Both the position numbers and the translations under genes were made by a program. The notes under the pieces are model-generated. The model was given only the letters and a program-made list of their open reading frames with translations. It was not told the DNA's origin and made no database searches. From Phoronis australis (Eukaryota > Animalia > Phoronida): a stretch of 64,000 nucleotides of DNA. Numbering within the stretch: position 1 is the stretch's first letter; each line of letters starts with the position of its first letter. Of this stretch, positions 51,758-64,000 are shown piece by piece. Location of the stretch: assembly GCA_002633005.1 (NCBI GenBank), contig NMRA01000004.1:176353-240352 (forward strand), in the 5' to 3' direction.

Positions 51758-52024
51758 ATGCTCTTCAATGACTTCTCTAAATTGCACCAAAGATGTTGTT
51801 TTGTGAACATCATCATTTGCCTCAGGTTGTGTGACACTCAATGATGTCACATTTGCCTCAGGTTTTGCGACACTCAATGGTGTCACATTTGCCTCAGGTT
51901 GTGCGACGCTCAATGATGTCACATTCGCAATAGGTTGTATGACGCTCGGTAACTTCACCGAGGTCTGAGAAACCTTTTGGATGCAACGGACAGATTCTTG
52001 TAGCTTGTCAATAGAATTCTCCAT
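51758..52024 (-). CDS. QRICH2-like candidate cassette exon with 12-aa repeats
   Basis: acacag|ATG ... CAT|gtaaga, 267 nt, phase 0-0; 36-bp tandem units at 51814-51946. Confidence 0.65.
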
Positions 52025-52246
52025 CTGTGTGAAGAAACCAGCAGAAGAGGAAATTATAGATTGATATTAGATCTAAAAATAGAAACATTAAATAAGAAAT
52101 GTATAGAGGTGCAAGAATTCTGATCCTGAAATTAACAACCGCAGCCCGAATGTCCAAGTGGAATTACGGATCAGCAGTAATCAATTTTGGATCAATACCA
52201 GATGAAACTAGAACTAAAGTATTATTGAGAAGGTCAAGAAACTGAC

Positions 52247-52870
52247 CGCTTTATCTATTGCCGCTCCTTTTTGCTGAGCTTCAGCCAGGTTAGTCAAACC
52301 TTCCTCCGTCCGGTTGAACAACTCATGTAGTTCGGACTCAACAAAGTTCAATTTCTGCCTCAGACCAATCAACTGCTCGGCGCTTTCCGTCCCTAAGCCC
52401 GTCAACTTCTCAGCCAGCATATGAATGTCAGCCGAGTGAGCATCCACTGATTTCTCCATTTCCAACGAATGTTCCTGCGTCTTTTTCAGCTGGTAATCCA
52501 ATTCTGCCATGGACTCTGGGGTGAATTCCGTTGGTTTACGATTTATTTCCTCCAACAGCGACTTCCGTGTTTTCTTCGCCTGAGTGCGCATCTGCATCTG
52601 TACATCTTGCATCAGCAAGGTTGACATGCGTTGCTGGTCAAAGTCGCGCTCATTCAGTGAGCTCAGGGTTTTCTTCATCTCAGAAATGTTGGACCAGACA
52701 ACAGATAATTCGTCCTTGCACAGGTCCCGTATGTCATCTCGTGTTACCACTGATTTGCGATACTCCTCGAGAGCGCGCTTGGAGCCCATCTTGACCGTGA
52801 CATTGCTCTCCACATTAGGTAGAGTTGTGTGTTGGATGTTCTCTTCAGCAATTACAGAGGATGGGAATGA
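52247..52870 (-). CDS. QRICH2: QRICH2-like large coiled-coil exon
   Basis: actcag|TCA ... GCG|gtcagt; 624-nt open frame rich in E/K/L/Q; phase 0-0. Confidence 0.85.
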
Positions 52871-53706
52871 CTGAGTGTTAAGAAAGAGACAGAAAGGAAG
52901 ATAGAAAGAGAGTAAGTTTGAGAATCATAGAACTGTTCAACAGGCCCAAATAAATGTCAAGGTTTTGGTGCCAAATTTCCTTCCCATGAAGATCTAACAT
53001 CAACACTCTGACTGATCAACTATAATGGTTCCTAAGAGAAAGGTCACCTCATTACTCATATTGAGAATAGCTGACCTTTCGAGAAGTCTGAACCTATTGG
53101 ACAGCAGCGACAGGTAAATGTTTGTGAACTTTTGGATAATGAAATGTGATGATGACGGGAAATTCATTGGACTGGTGATTGAATTAGGGCATTGCAACCT
53201 TCTTCACAAGAAAAATGGTGAATTTTACAAACACGTTGTAGTCCTCCTGGAAAGCACTGGCTTACGAAGATTGTGAGACCAATTCAGAGTGTTTGATTAA
53301 TGACTACAGGTCCACTGATGTTTACATACAAGTAGCCACAGCATATATAGCCTTACTTTTTACATAGTATTTTGATATCCTTTAAAGTGAAGAAAATGGC
53401 AAGGACATAACAGCTAGTACAGTTCACAAATATTTTGTTGAATGACCTTTGAAGAAAGTGACCTCCCTGGACAGCTGGCACCCCCTTGCCACACCCCTGA
53501 CATTCAGATGCTATCTCACTGTAAGCTATTCAAAAAATATATTCGTTACCGAACTGTAACTGCAAACAGGGAAAGTTTGAGAACAGAACATGAATGTAAT
53601 AAGAAGACTTCCTTTTTGACAAGAGAAACACTCCTCCAGTTGAGATATATATATATATGCTCATGCAGCATTTCCACAGCTTAATTTCATAGAGGCAAAC
53701 ACTTAC

Positions 53707-53789
53707 CGATGTTCGACTGTTTTTTAGTGCTGAGACATCTGCTTGGAGCTCATTCAGTTGTTTCAGTATACTATCAGGTACACCAGTTT
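53707..53789 (-). CDS. QRICH2: QRICH2-like exon
   Basis: ttccag|AA ACT ... TCG|gtaagt; TGVPDSILKQLNELQADVSALK; phase 1-0. Confidence 0.82.
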
Positions 53790-54348
53790 CTGGAAATCAA
53801 CATTTAAATAATACAATTTAAGTCACTTTTAAGCTTTAATACCTGCAGGCAGTAGAAAGACTGCCAAGGGCAAAATTGAACAAAAGAGTGTTAATGTTCA
53901 CATTTCCGTTGTAGCAAACCTACACTACATCAGTGTAATTTGGATTGATAGGAAAAATGAATTATGCAAGAAGAGCTAAACGCTTGAAACAGTACAAGTG
54001 TTAGGTTGTGAATAGAATAAAGTTGATGAGATGGGTCTGCCTTGTAATCAAGTGTAAGTTGTAACATTGCAATAGTTATATTAGCATATATGAAAGGAAG
54101 AGGTAAGGAGGAAAGAGCTTCAAAATTGAAGTTTGGAAAATTACGTTACCTATATTCAAGTTCACTACTGAAATTTCCATATAAATTTGATCAACACAGC
54201 ACGATTAATGGAAACTGGACGTACAAAACGATGTCAAGAAAAAATGTTAACGCAGCTAGCTTGCTTAACTAAGAAATATCACTTGTAGTCTTTTGAAGAC
54301 CTATAGAAAATGGATAGTGGTATGATTTTGTTTTGAAATTAGTTTTAC

Positions 54349-54378
54349 CTCGTCTCTTACTTGAAGAAAGAGAATTAT
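54349..54378 (-). CDS. Candidate 30-nt (or 18-nt) microexon
   Basis: tgctctcttttctcctttag|AT AAT TCT CTT TCT TCA AGT AAG AGA CGA G|gtaaaa; internal donor gtaaga gives 18 nt; both are phase 1-1. Confidence 0.55.
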
Positions 54379-55660
54379 CTAAAGGAGAAAAGAGAGCAGT
54401 CAAATAAATACAGAGAAGTAAAGGCAAAAAGATAAACCTAGTTTGAAAAGTAGAGCTCGTGCATGTTGTTGCAATACAAATTCAAATAAACCGACAGAGA
54501 GAGTATACAAAATACATCTGAAATTTCAATTGACTTGGCTAGCTCCGCCAGGACAACCCACAAAGGCGTCTAATTGCTTCTTGATAACCACTTCTGGCTT
54601 ACAGACCAATCAGATGTCTTAGCCGGTCAAGGACTTGACCTGAACCAGCAAAGTCAATCAAGTGAGCCATTGTCCTTGGTTAATTGTTCACTTGGATGTT
54701 TATCTTAAGCTAGCAAAATCATGCTATATTAAATTTCATAGAACGTAAAGCATGAAACAAACATTGCATAGCACTCAAACAAAGGAACAGTGCCACCACT
54801 AAAACGTAAAAGGAACATCAACCTTCAATGCAATATCAAATTGATATCAATCACACTAATGCTCAACACATAAAGATTTGCATGCTGATCACAATATTAC
54901 TTCAAACCACCCATCACACATCTTAATGTATCTAGCTTCATGTACCTTGACAAATTTGGATTTGATCACATAGTTTAAACACCATTTTAACTTCGGAAGC
55001 TAACAGGAAAGAGTAGAGCATTGTGGTTATTATTTTCTACAGGCACCTCACAAAGTTGCAAAGGCCTCCATAATTGCAAAATAATCATTACATTTTGTTT
55101 GAACAATGTTAGGATTATGGGTAGTAAGATTAAAGTTATAAAGAGTTCATTTTTCTTATTACAATTTACTTTTTCTGCCAATTCATGTGTGAAGCATCAA
55201 GAGTGGACATAACTATGTAAAGCTGTGTAACATGGGGCCAAAAATCTATTCAAATTAAAGCCAGAACAAAATTCTGACGAACACAAAAGCCAGTTTTCGG
55301 TTCTTAAATTAGTGCACACGTTAAGCTGGTTCTTGACATAAGTGAACATTTTCGCGACATGTTGCCAATTCACAAAACTAAGGCAATGTACGAAATCTAG
55401 TCTAAGTACAAAATAAAGACCGAAAAAGTTTCATCAAAGGGGTTTCTGAACTTCTGTGTAACACCAGCCATATGTAAGATTTTTTATTTGAAACACTATG
55501 AAGCAAATATACATCAAAGTTGAGTATTTAATCAACAAGTAAGCTCATCACAATACCTTTCAAAACATCTGACATTACAACACTCCAAATATCTCTTCCC
55601 TTTTAAACTATGTTGAGTTTTAATTTAACTAATGCTTCCCAAAGCAGTGAATGGTCTTAC

Positions 55661-55706
55661 CTATGCCTTCCAAATCACCTTTATCAGCTTTGTTGGCCAA
55701 CTCTTC
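55661..55706 (-). CDS. QRICH2: QRICH2-like exon
   Basis: tttcag|GAA ... G|gtaaga; EELANKADKGDLEGI; phase 0-1. Confidence 0.82.
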
Positions 55707-55980
55707 CTGAAAGACAAATATTCAGAAATAAAAGTCTTTGAGCATATCATTTTTATTGCACATTTAACTAGTAGCGAAAACTTGATGTATGCTCTATAAT
55801 GGAAAATAGAGGCATAATTTTACAATTCAGTACAATCTCAAAAACAAAGAAAACTGAATATTGGACTTCAATTAGAAGCTATGAAGCTTGCTATGAAATA
55901 CATTCAAAACTGAAAGTTATGTTGCAGTATGGTCTGTACATTGCCTATACTTCAGCGAATTGGTTTTAAAACCAACTTAC

Positions 55981-56127
55981 CTCTAAACGTCGGACACGTT
56001 CTTCAATGGCCTCGTGACGATCATTGATTGAGCCCAACTTCTCCAATACATCGGCCAGGTTATTGGATGGGCCTGAACTGGAGTGACTTAGGGAACTGAG
56101 AGGTCGAGCCGAAACTGGGCGGGACAT
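55981..56127 (-). CDS. QRICH2: QRICH2-like exon
   Basis: caacag|ATG ... GAG|gtaagt; MSRPVSARP...HEAIEERVRRLE; phase 0-0. Confidence 0.82.
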
Positions 56128-56790
56128 CTGTTGGCAAAGCAGAAATGATACTAGGTCAGCAGAGAGCACTTTAAAGAGTTCTAGTCTTGCCAATAAAGCA
56201 GCATGTCATCGGTTATGAAATATGGCGGGGTTTATAAGATTTCAGTATGAGGTGTAGAAAGTTAGATCACACGATAAAAGAAGTTAATTAACACATGACT
56301 ATATATTATTATGTAACTACACACTGTTGTGTAGCTTTGTATGTCTACAGCAATGAGTTTTCTTACTAGCATGAATATCACCAGTTACATCTACATGTTG
56401 ATTATAAATCCAAGGACACAAGCAAAAAAGAGAAAAAACGGCTATTTTCGTAGCCTTGTGTTTTAACTACTTGACAACATTCTAAACTATATCCAAATTT
56501 AAAGCAATGTCGGTTAAAAAGCTGCAAAAGCAATTGGCGTAAATATATTATGTAATCTACAAGCAAATTGAATATAGGGCAATTAGTAAGAAGACTACTT
56601 GAATCATGCATAATTAATGCAAATGAGAATGGAATGATCAGATAAAACTAATAGCATGGTTATTTGTCACTTGTGAACAATGCAAAGAGAAATTTTATGT
56701 TTAAGCGATGGACTTTTTTAGTACAAGCAGAATATAGGCAAGCGTACAACATAGAAATTAAATTTTATCAGTTACAGTAATAAAGAATAC

Positions 56791-56808
56791 CTTGTTACGT
56801 CTCTTTGC
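56791..56808 (-). CDS. Candidate 18-nt microexon (AKRRNK)
   Basis: aactag|GCAAAGAGACGTAACAAG|gtattc; phase 0-0; weak pyrimidine tract. Confidence 0.3.
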
Positions 56809-57111
56809 CTAGTTTATATCAAAACCAAGAGTCATTACTTGTACATTACAGGATAAAAAACTTAAGATTCACTACTTAAGATATTTTTCAAACAAGAGGC
56901 CTTGAAAGCAGTCTCATTTCTAAACAGTGGGTTACACCAGGAAATGAATCGACATCATTTACACCATCTTGTTTTTCACAATCAAACTTCACTTATTTCA
57001 AATTGTGATTTTCTGCTTGGAATTTGTAATAATTGTGTTTTAATTTAAAGTTCAAAATGGTAATAATGTAAAATAATGTAATTGTTTCAAATCACTTGCA
57101 AACTAAGCCAA

Positions 57112-57320
57112 ACATACGCAAACACACACGCACACACAAACACTGCGAACATATCACTACATTCCTACACAATCATGCACCACACACAAACACAAACGCA
57201 TATATCACTGTGAACATATTCACTACATTCCTACACACACACACACAAAGTGAACAAATCCCTACATTCCTACACTAACACACATATATCACTGTGAACA
57301 TATCACTACATTCTTACACG
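57112..57320. repeat. CA-rich degenerate minisatellite
   Basis: Recurring GAACATATCACTACATTCCTACAC units mixed with (CA)n. Confidence 0.75.
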
Positions 57321-59134
57321 CTCAATCAGTCTACATACAAATTACATTTCTTGCCAAAAAGAAAAGAAACAAAAGGACATAGAAAAGACAAAAGAGATAA
57401 AATGAGTGAAACATTGTCCAAATCAGTTTATGAAGTGTCTTATCATGTAAAGAAAGATGTTGTACCAGTTCTGAAACAGATATCCCTGCTTAACAGTTCA
57501 TTCATGATAATGACAAGTCCTGCAATCATAATAACAGAATAACAACAAAAATAATTTTGATACCATAATGTCAAAATCCCTTAGGTCTATTATTGCTATT
57601 CTTATCAATAATATCAGGAATTCATTACCTGGTAATGACTTTCTGATAATACATAGAAAATTAAATTATAAAATATATCATTTTCAGCTCTACCGAAGCT
57701 CGTCGAGACCATGATTGTCCGTTACACATTTTGTTTTTTTACAATGCACCTCAATGAAGAAGCGTTTACCAACCCCTGAGGAGAGTGACTCCCTTAACTC
57801 CCTGGCTGACCTTGGTTCCTGTAATATACAATGTGCCAACTCATACCACAATAATCACATGTATCATTGATCCACAAACACATCTCACGGTAATGAACCC
57901 TTAGCCAGGAAGACTCCGACGGACCCACCTGGGAAAATGGTCCAAGTGCAAAGTTATAAAACTGGAAGGAAATTTGTGAGAGCAGGGTGTCTGACCAAAA
58001 GGGTAACAACCATTCACCCAAGAGAGCTTAAGCTTTTATGGGCAAGAACTTACTGTTGTCGATACTAGTAACTTAATTATTCAATTATGTGCATAATTGG
58101 ATGGTTAACTTAAGGCTTGATGACTGCTTTGACTGCAGAATTGATTTGACTGGAGAATTACTGCAAATAACATCAGTGCTGCAGGAATTGCATCAGTGTC
58201 ACATGAAAACTGCCAAGCACAGACAAACAGGCTGACATGCGGACGATATGACATAAGTGACACCTGGTGGTGCTGAAGTGCTTAGCATTTAATGTTGTTT
58301 ATTGTCCTTGATTAGGGATTCCCACCCATATCATGAGGCAACTCCTATACTAACATTTGAGGTTTTCCTACCAGCCTAAGCCAGACTGTGACCAACCCCT
58401 TTCTTAACTATTCATAAATTAAATTTAACATGTTAAATGCATTTATCGTCATTATTCTGACATTTGTCTCTTTATTTTTCATTACTCATCTCTATTTATA
58501 GACTCAATGGCCTACTTTTGTATTCATACATTTCTCTATGCGACACCTATTGACGGTCGCCCATATTTCCTTTGTTCAGTTCAACGTGGTCCAGCTCATT
58601 CAGCCACCTACCTCGTCGTCTACAAGACCTACATTCGTTCTCTGCATTTTTCTCTGTTTTACTCTGCAACATAGCTCGTGGCATACCCCGGGCAAAATAG
58701 ATTACAATACATAAATCCTTGAGCCGTGATGCTGAAGAAAAACTAATTTTCCGACAATGCATCGATTTTAAAAATTCAAAGATAGCTGCTACTTACTTTA
58801 AAAAACAGTCATGTTGGTAATTTGCCTTACTTATCATTCATTTTTTGACTTTGAAACTCGTATGGTAAACAAGAATGTTGGTTTACCAATTATCTCATCC
58901 AACACGTTCAGCCAAGGCCATGAATAGCGACTAACTCAATTCAACCCATGATGCCGCTATCAAGCCTTTGATATGCCGAGGAATTCAATGGATAATCTGG
59001 GGGTAAGCAGTGCACGTTTTCTCGTCCACTTGAGTGCAAATCCTGTCAGTGCAACATTTGCCCAATGATGTTAGAAACAAACATTCCTTAACACTGAGAT
59101 TAAGACGAAAACTTAATACAGGATCAAGCTTCAC

Positions 59135-59197
59135 CTTTCCGGTGTCAGACAGTTTTGGTTGCGCAGCATTGGTCTTCCTATGACTGGACTTTTCCTG
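59135..59197 (-). CDS. QRICH2-like candidate small exon (NAGNAG acceptor)
   Basis: ttttgcacttag|CAG GAA ... AAG|gtgaag; QEKSSHRKTNAAQPKLSDTGK; phase 0-0. Confidence 0.55.
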
Positions 59198-59621
59198 CTA
59201 AGTGCAAAATAGAGCAATCAAATACTACAATTACAACAAAATGCAAGAGAGGATAGCAAACAATTCTTTAAGTTATACACAATGTGCTGCCATTCAGTGG
59301 TTACCAAAATATAATTAAGGTGACACAGAATACATCAAAAGCTTTAATCAGTGATTAACGTTAATTAGTAACATGAGATGGACGCTTCAAGTAGTCATTA
59401 ACAGACTATGCCAACGAATGTCAACGTCTCAACATACAATAGCGGAGAAAGCTGATCACATTCTTGAATTCCAATGTGTTCAAGACACAATACATTTCAG
59501 GTTGAGCCAGTCATTAAATTTTAGAGTTACTAAATACCAATTAAAGCTTGCCTCAAACTCTTGGTGACCTACAATCTTGAACAACAGGATCTTTTAGCAC
59601 ATTTTTAATAAAAAGACCTAC

Positions 59622-59708
59622 TCTTGATTGTCTATCATCTTCTGAACTCCCTGGTTTTTTTAATTTCTTTGGAGCCTTCAATACCTCAGAAAGTCCAGCC
59701 TTATACCC
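59622..59708 (-). CDS. QRICH2-like candidate small exon
   Basis: ttttatccag|GGG ... AGA|gtaggt; GYKAGLSEVLKAPKKLKKPGSSEDDRQSR; phase 0-0. Confidence 0.5.
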
Positions 59709-60126
59709 CTGGATAAAATGGAGACAAATGATTAGAGAACCATTGGTACGTGGTTTTTGATTTCCTTCCAACTTAGTTAAGTAGATTTTCTATGGAAGAA
59801 GTCAAAATAGCATTAAGCAAAACATGTTCAGTCTAACTCAGGTAACAGTCATGAGGAACCCAGTCGGGGTAAAAATTGACCGTAATTATCCAAGGGTTGG
59901 AGTTTGCTAATCAAACACAATAGCCGGCAACTGAACTCAGTCCTGTTGATTGGGCTGCTTGGTCACCTAATGTACATCTCATTATGTCATAAAATTTTAG
60001 GTGTCTGTTGACTGTTGGCAGCCCAGCCAACCAGATGGCTCTATTGTGTTGGCCGGCAGGGAATGGGGGTAATTGAAACTTGCACTTCAGTTCACAAATT
60101 TAATTGGTTTTGGTTTGAATTTTCAC

Positions 60127-60168
60127 CTGTACTAGGTCCTTCTTGTTATTGTTTAAGTCAATGATGTA
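60127..60168 (-). CDS. Candidate 42-nt exon
   Basis: ctctatag|TAC ... CAG|gtgaaa; YIIDLNNNKKDLVQ; phase 0-0. Confidence 0.35.
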
Positions 60169-60245
60169 CTATAGAGTAACCAGTTTTGTTGCACAGTGCT
60201 TGAACTGGTGGGTCACGCCTGATCCCAGTATAATTAATAAAAATA

Positions 60246-60472
60246 ATTGCAGGCGGTCTGGTACACGTTGTACCAGACATGCGCAGGCCGCGCATGTGGG
60301 CCCATTGCACTGATCACCTGAAAATATTTCTGTGCTTTATTTATAGTTACAACCGAGCTGAGGAGCTAGAAACCTAACTCAAGGGTCTAGCAGTGTGGCC
60401 AGTGGGACTCCGGCGAACCCATGACCTAGAGTAAAGAAGACGGGCACCATCACACTAGGACACACTGCCTCC
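60246..60472 (-). mobile_element. tRNA-derived SINE, copy 2
   Basis: Colinear homology with 28130-28360. Confidence 0.8.
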
Positions 60473-61231
60473 TCTCAGTAAGTCCCAGCTCAATTAGTTA
60501 TCTGGTATAGTGCAAGACAAAAGTAATCGACAAACTGCAATTTCCCAGTCACGGCAACTAATTCTGTCAGTCATGGCAACTGATACTGTAAACAGCAAAA
60601 ATGAAAGGTAATAACCAATAGGGCAGCAAAATTTTAATTGCATAATGGCTTATCCATCTTAACTCAGTTTACTATTTGTTTCCTTTCATTCTTGGACGTT
60701 AAAGTTGTATTTACGTGCTCCTGACTGTGGTAATGTACAGCAGGAACTAAATGACAATGCTATTTGAACATCATCTACCGTGCTAATCAGTTGTATTCAT
60801 TGACAACCTGTAAATGTGAAAACAAAAAATTCTGCAGATACGTGACTTTTGAACTATAATGACATACCTTGGGGGCTCACATAACCCGCACCATGCAGTG
60901 ATATTCCCCAACACCACGCCACGATACTAATACTGGAGATTTACGGCACATCATTTTCGACACAAAACTCATTCTTAAAAACATTTGGCAATTTTCAACC
61001 TACTTTTCAACCTACTTCATATTCACATCATCGCTATATGCTGCGTTTCTAACTGATTTTGGCCAAGAAATCACAGATATAAGGAAATAGCGTGCAAGTT
61101 CCACTTTAAGGAAAACTATTCTGATGCCAAATTTGGCTTCTCGGCTGTCATGACGAGGGCTTGCAGGTCATTTTTCTGAATACTTTAGACTTGTACTGTA
61201 TATCAAACAGAATTACGAATAAGAGACATAC

Positions 61232-61321
61232 ACGACTCTTGGGTTGAACAGTGTCATCCTCCACTGTTATAACCTGAGGTGCTTCTTCCTCTAAGGCATC
61301 TTCACTGTTATCTCGACCAGG
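61232..61321 (-). CDS. QRICH2-like candidate exon (acidic)
   Basis: ttcttacttag|CCT ... CGT|gtatgt; PGRDNSEDALEEEAPQVITVEDDTVQPKSR; phase 0-0. Confidence 0.65.
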
Positions 61322-61394
61322 CTAAGTAAGAAAGTCAGTCTCAAAATATATTTTGTATGGCATTATCAACACATCTAAGCAAAAGTGCACATAT

Positions 61395-61664
61395 TGGGAA
61401 AGTTGAAAACCTGTGGAATTTGATTTTTGACTTTATACCAATCTGATATTAATTGGGTCACATGACCATGTGCTTTCAGTAAAATTTAGTGAAAACCACA
61501 GAAACATTCATTGGAAAACAATGGTATCAAGACCATGGCTAAATTTCTTTTGATATAAAAGTTAACCATAAAATCTCAAGAATGCTAGTAAAAATTTCTA
61601 AATTGTCATTTCATTTTTGTTATGGAATTGCTCAAATTTGGATATTTTCCAGTCATACATAGCC
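61395..61664 (-). mobile_element. Kolobok-like element, internally deleted copy 5
   Basis: GGGTCACATGACCATGTG block shared with the 34537 and 48772 copies; ends TACATAGCC|TTAA. Confidence 0.5.
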
Positions 61665-64000
61665 TTAAAAGACAATTCATTAATTTTGTTGGAAGAACTG
61701 AGGGAATTTGATTGAATCACTCAATACTGCTATTATAAGAACTAAACAAAACAACACTAAAGATCAAAATAATGCAAAAATGGAACCAATACCATTTAAA
61801 CCTACAGTGAGGCCAACTTCAAGGTGGTCTCACTGCAGACCACTTCTGTTATAAGACAACTTTCAACTTATTCTTTAATCAGAACAAAAACAAATTGTCT
61901 GACCTTGGGAAAAACTGCCAAAAATTGAGCAATGAGACTGGAGGAGGGTAATTCAATGCAACATGCCAAGCATGGATTCAAGCAATAGACATCTTCCAAA
62001 GCCCACAAATCACTTATAAAGAGTAACTAAAGGAACAAGTCAAGACCAACTCTATAATTATGACTGACCTAAATCAAATAAGTTAATTCTTCACCAGAAG
62101 ACATGCTTAGAGTTATTAACTTTTGAGAATTTTGCAACTCATCATGGGATGGTTGGGTACATACTGCAATTTCCTCTGTGTCCAAGGCATCTTCCATCAT
62201 CAAAGTCCTTCGATTATTTATGACTCCTCTCTAATGCAAAGACAATCAGTACATAATGAATTAAATGATGAAATCTACAGCGCACTCAGGACAAGACAAA
62301 AGTAACTAGACAAAATACATCACAGCTAATTCTAATAACAACATAAATGACTGGTAAAGAACTATAAAGGCGGCAAAAATTCTAACTGCAGAATGGCTGA
62401 GTCACCTAGGGCTTTCCTGTTCGTCTCCTTTCATTCTTGGCCAAAGACAATTCCAACAATGAATTAGGCTTCGCCTAACCATCATAAGAGGATCAAATTC
62501 CAAAGTTATTATGTCTGGAAACTTTTGGCAAGCACTGTATCACTTATTCGTGGACAGGGGTGACCTGTACACTGTCTTGCAACTGATAGCTCTTTAGGAA
62601 AGCCCTAAAATGGTATGTACTAGGCAAAACCCATTATTAGTTTTTTGTCTAGCCTTCAAGTCTACCAGCTTTAACAATTATAGTATTTTTAACTGGTAAG
62701 AGATTTTTGTCATGAGTCCCACAATGGTACAGAGCCACGTAAATATCAATAGTATTAACATATTAAATTGACTTCAGCTCTGACCTATTCCATCACTCGT
62801 ATGACCTACTTCCCATGAACAATTTATTATTCACGCGATCCCTTTTGTTTGGAGATCTGTCACTGCCATTGACACTTATGTTCATTTCTACATAATCATT
62901 CATATTATTCAAAAACATCATCACCCACCCTCACAGCATAACCCATTATGTATTTATCTGTCGATATTCATTCATTGCTATGATGTATGACCTTATATTC
63001 TCATTTATGTTCCGAACATAAGGCAAGCAAGGCTTGCTTCACAGCTTAACTAGCTGCAGGAGTGCATCTCGCTGCCTTTTCAGAGTAAAACGCATGTAAA
63101 ACATGTTACGTAACAATAAGCGGTTTTAGGGATGCAAAATGAATTTTGGCATTATTGTTGAGTAAGATAGACTTCTTAAAGTTATTAGCTTTGACCGGAG
63201 CTATAAAGTAGAGAAAATTTGTTTTTTGTGATTATATTTGAAATCGCTGAATCCGGCCCAATGTTGGCCTCAAGTGATTAAGTACAGTTAAGCAAAATTG
63301 AAGCGGGTGATCTTATCAGCTAACCCAAAATACTCCGTATTACTTGCTGCATTGGCTTTTAGCATTAAATATATTAGCCAAGTGCCAGACTGCGACAGTT
63401 GAGGACGTGGGTTTGAACCCCTCTTGGGGCTGACCTCAAATACACTACATTGACATGGTGACAACTTGGATTGCTTTCTTTCTCACTATGAATATTACGT
63501 CAACAATTCTTGACAAATGATAATGATTGAACATTCCTTCATGACTATGTAAAACTTTAAAACAAATCATTTGACAGAACAATCACAATAATACAGAACA
63601 CAATATTACGAGATTCTATTTCTTATTTTTCCGTAAAATATACCGCGAAGCACTAAAGTAATCATATGGTTTTCCATGATCAAGGTTTGTACCATAGCTT
63701 CCAGAAGTTTAGTGAAAAAAAATTACAGGCATTCACAGCAATGTTAGCTTTTTTGTAACTGAAAAACAAGCAATTCTAAGAATATTTTTGTCCAGAAGTG
63801 GTGTAAGTGATTTAAGAAATTATAGAAAACTCTGAATAACATTTGTTCACTAGTTTCAATTACTGAACAAATAGATATTCATTACGCCACATCTTAAATG
63901 TCAATTGTCATATAGTGTTTGATTTTACTTTATTTCTGTTTCTGTTGACGAAGGACGTTATTATATCCAAAAATTTCAGTTGATCCATTCTTGTTGTTTT

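Noticed and set aside
57466-57642. 14-nt (57629-57642) and 5-nt (57466-57470) AG..GT segments as microexons
   Set aside because: Not frame-preserving alone or together.
63370-63435. tRNA gene
   Set aside because: Only a degenerate B-box-like GGTTTGAACCC; no cloverleaf; likely an old SINE relic.

Overview
AT-rich animal genomic DNA, probably a bilaterian invertebrate; the species cannot be determined from sequence alone. The window holds the 3' parts of two convergent intron-rich genes. On + are 10 coding exons of a USP31/USP43-family deubiquitinase (7354-35639; the Cys box lies upstream of the window) with a ~2.6 kb 3' UTR. On - are 12 core and several candidate cassette/micro-exons of a QRICH2/C16orf96-like (DUF4795) coiled-coil gene, with the stop at 39776. 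Their candidate poly(A) signals are ~130 bp apart (38274/38411). Two USP31 introns host 7 intact tRNA genes (3 Pro, 4 Phe) and 3 Phe pseudogenes, several arranged as divergent inverted pairs. The introns also hold non-autonomous TEs (Helentron/HINE, Kolobok-like, Crypton-like, pogo-like, tRNA-SINE, MITEs). The most interesting unexplained signals are: a ~420-nt G-U-rich rod-like fold in the USP31 3' UTR; a UGA-CGG stop right after a PDZ-ligand C-terminus; tandem copies of an exon/5'-splice-site boundary; a microexon cluster with dense RBFOX motifs; and CTCF-like motif arrays inside a HINE. I found no unambiguous new biological system. All coordinates were read by eye, and none of these hypotheses was computationally tested.
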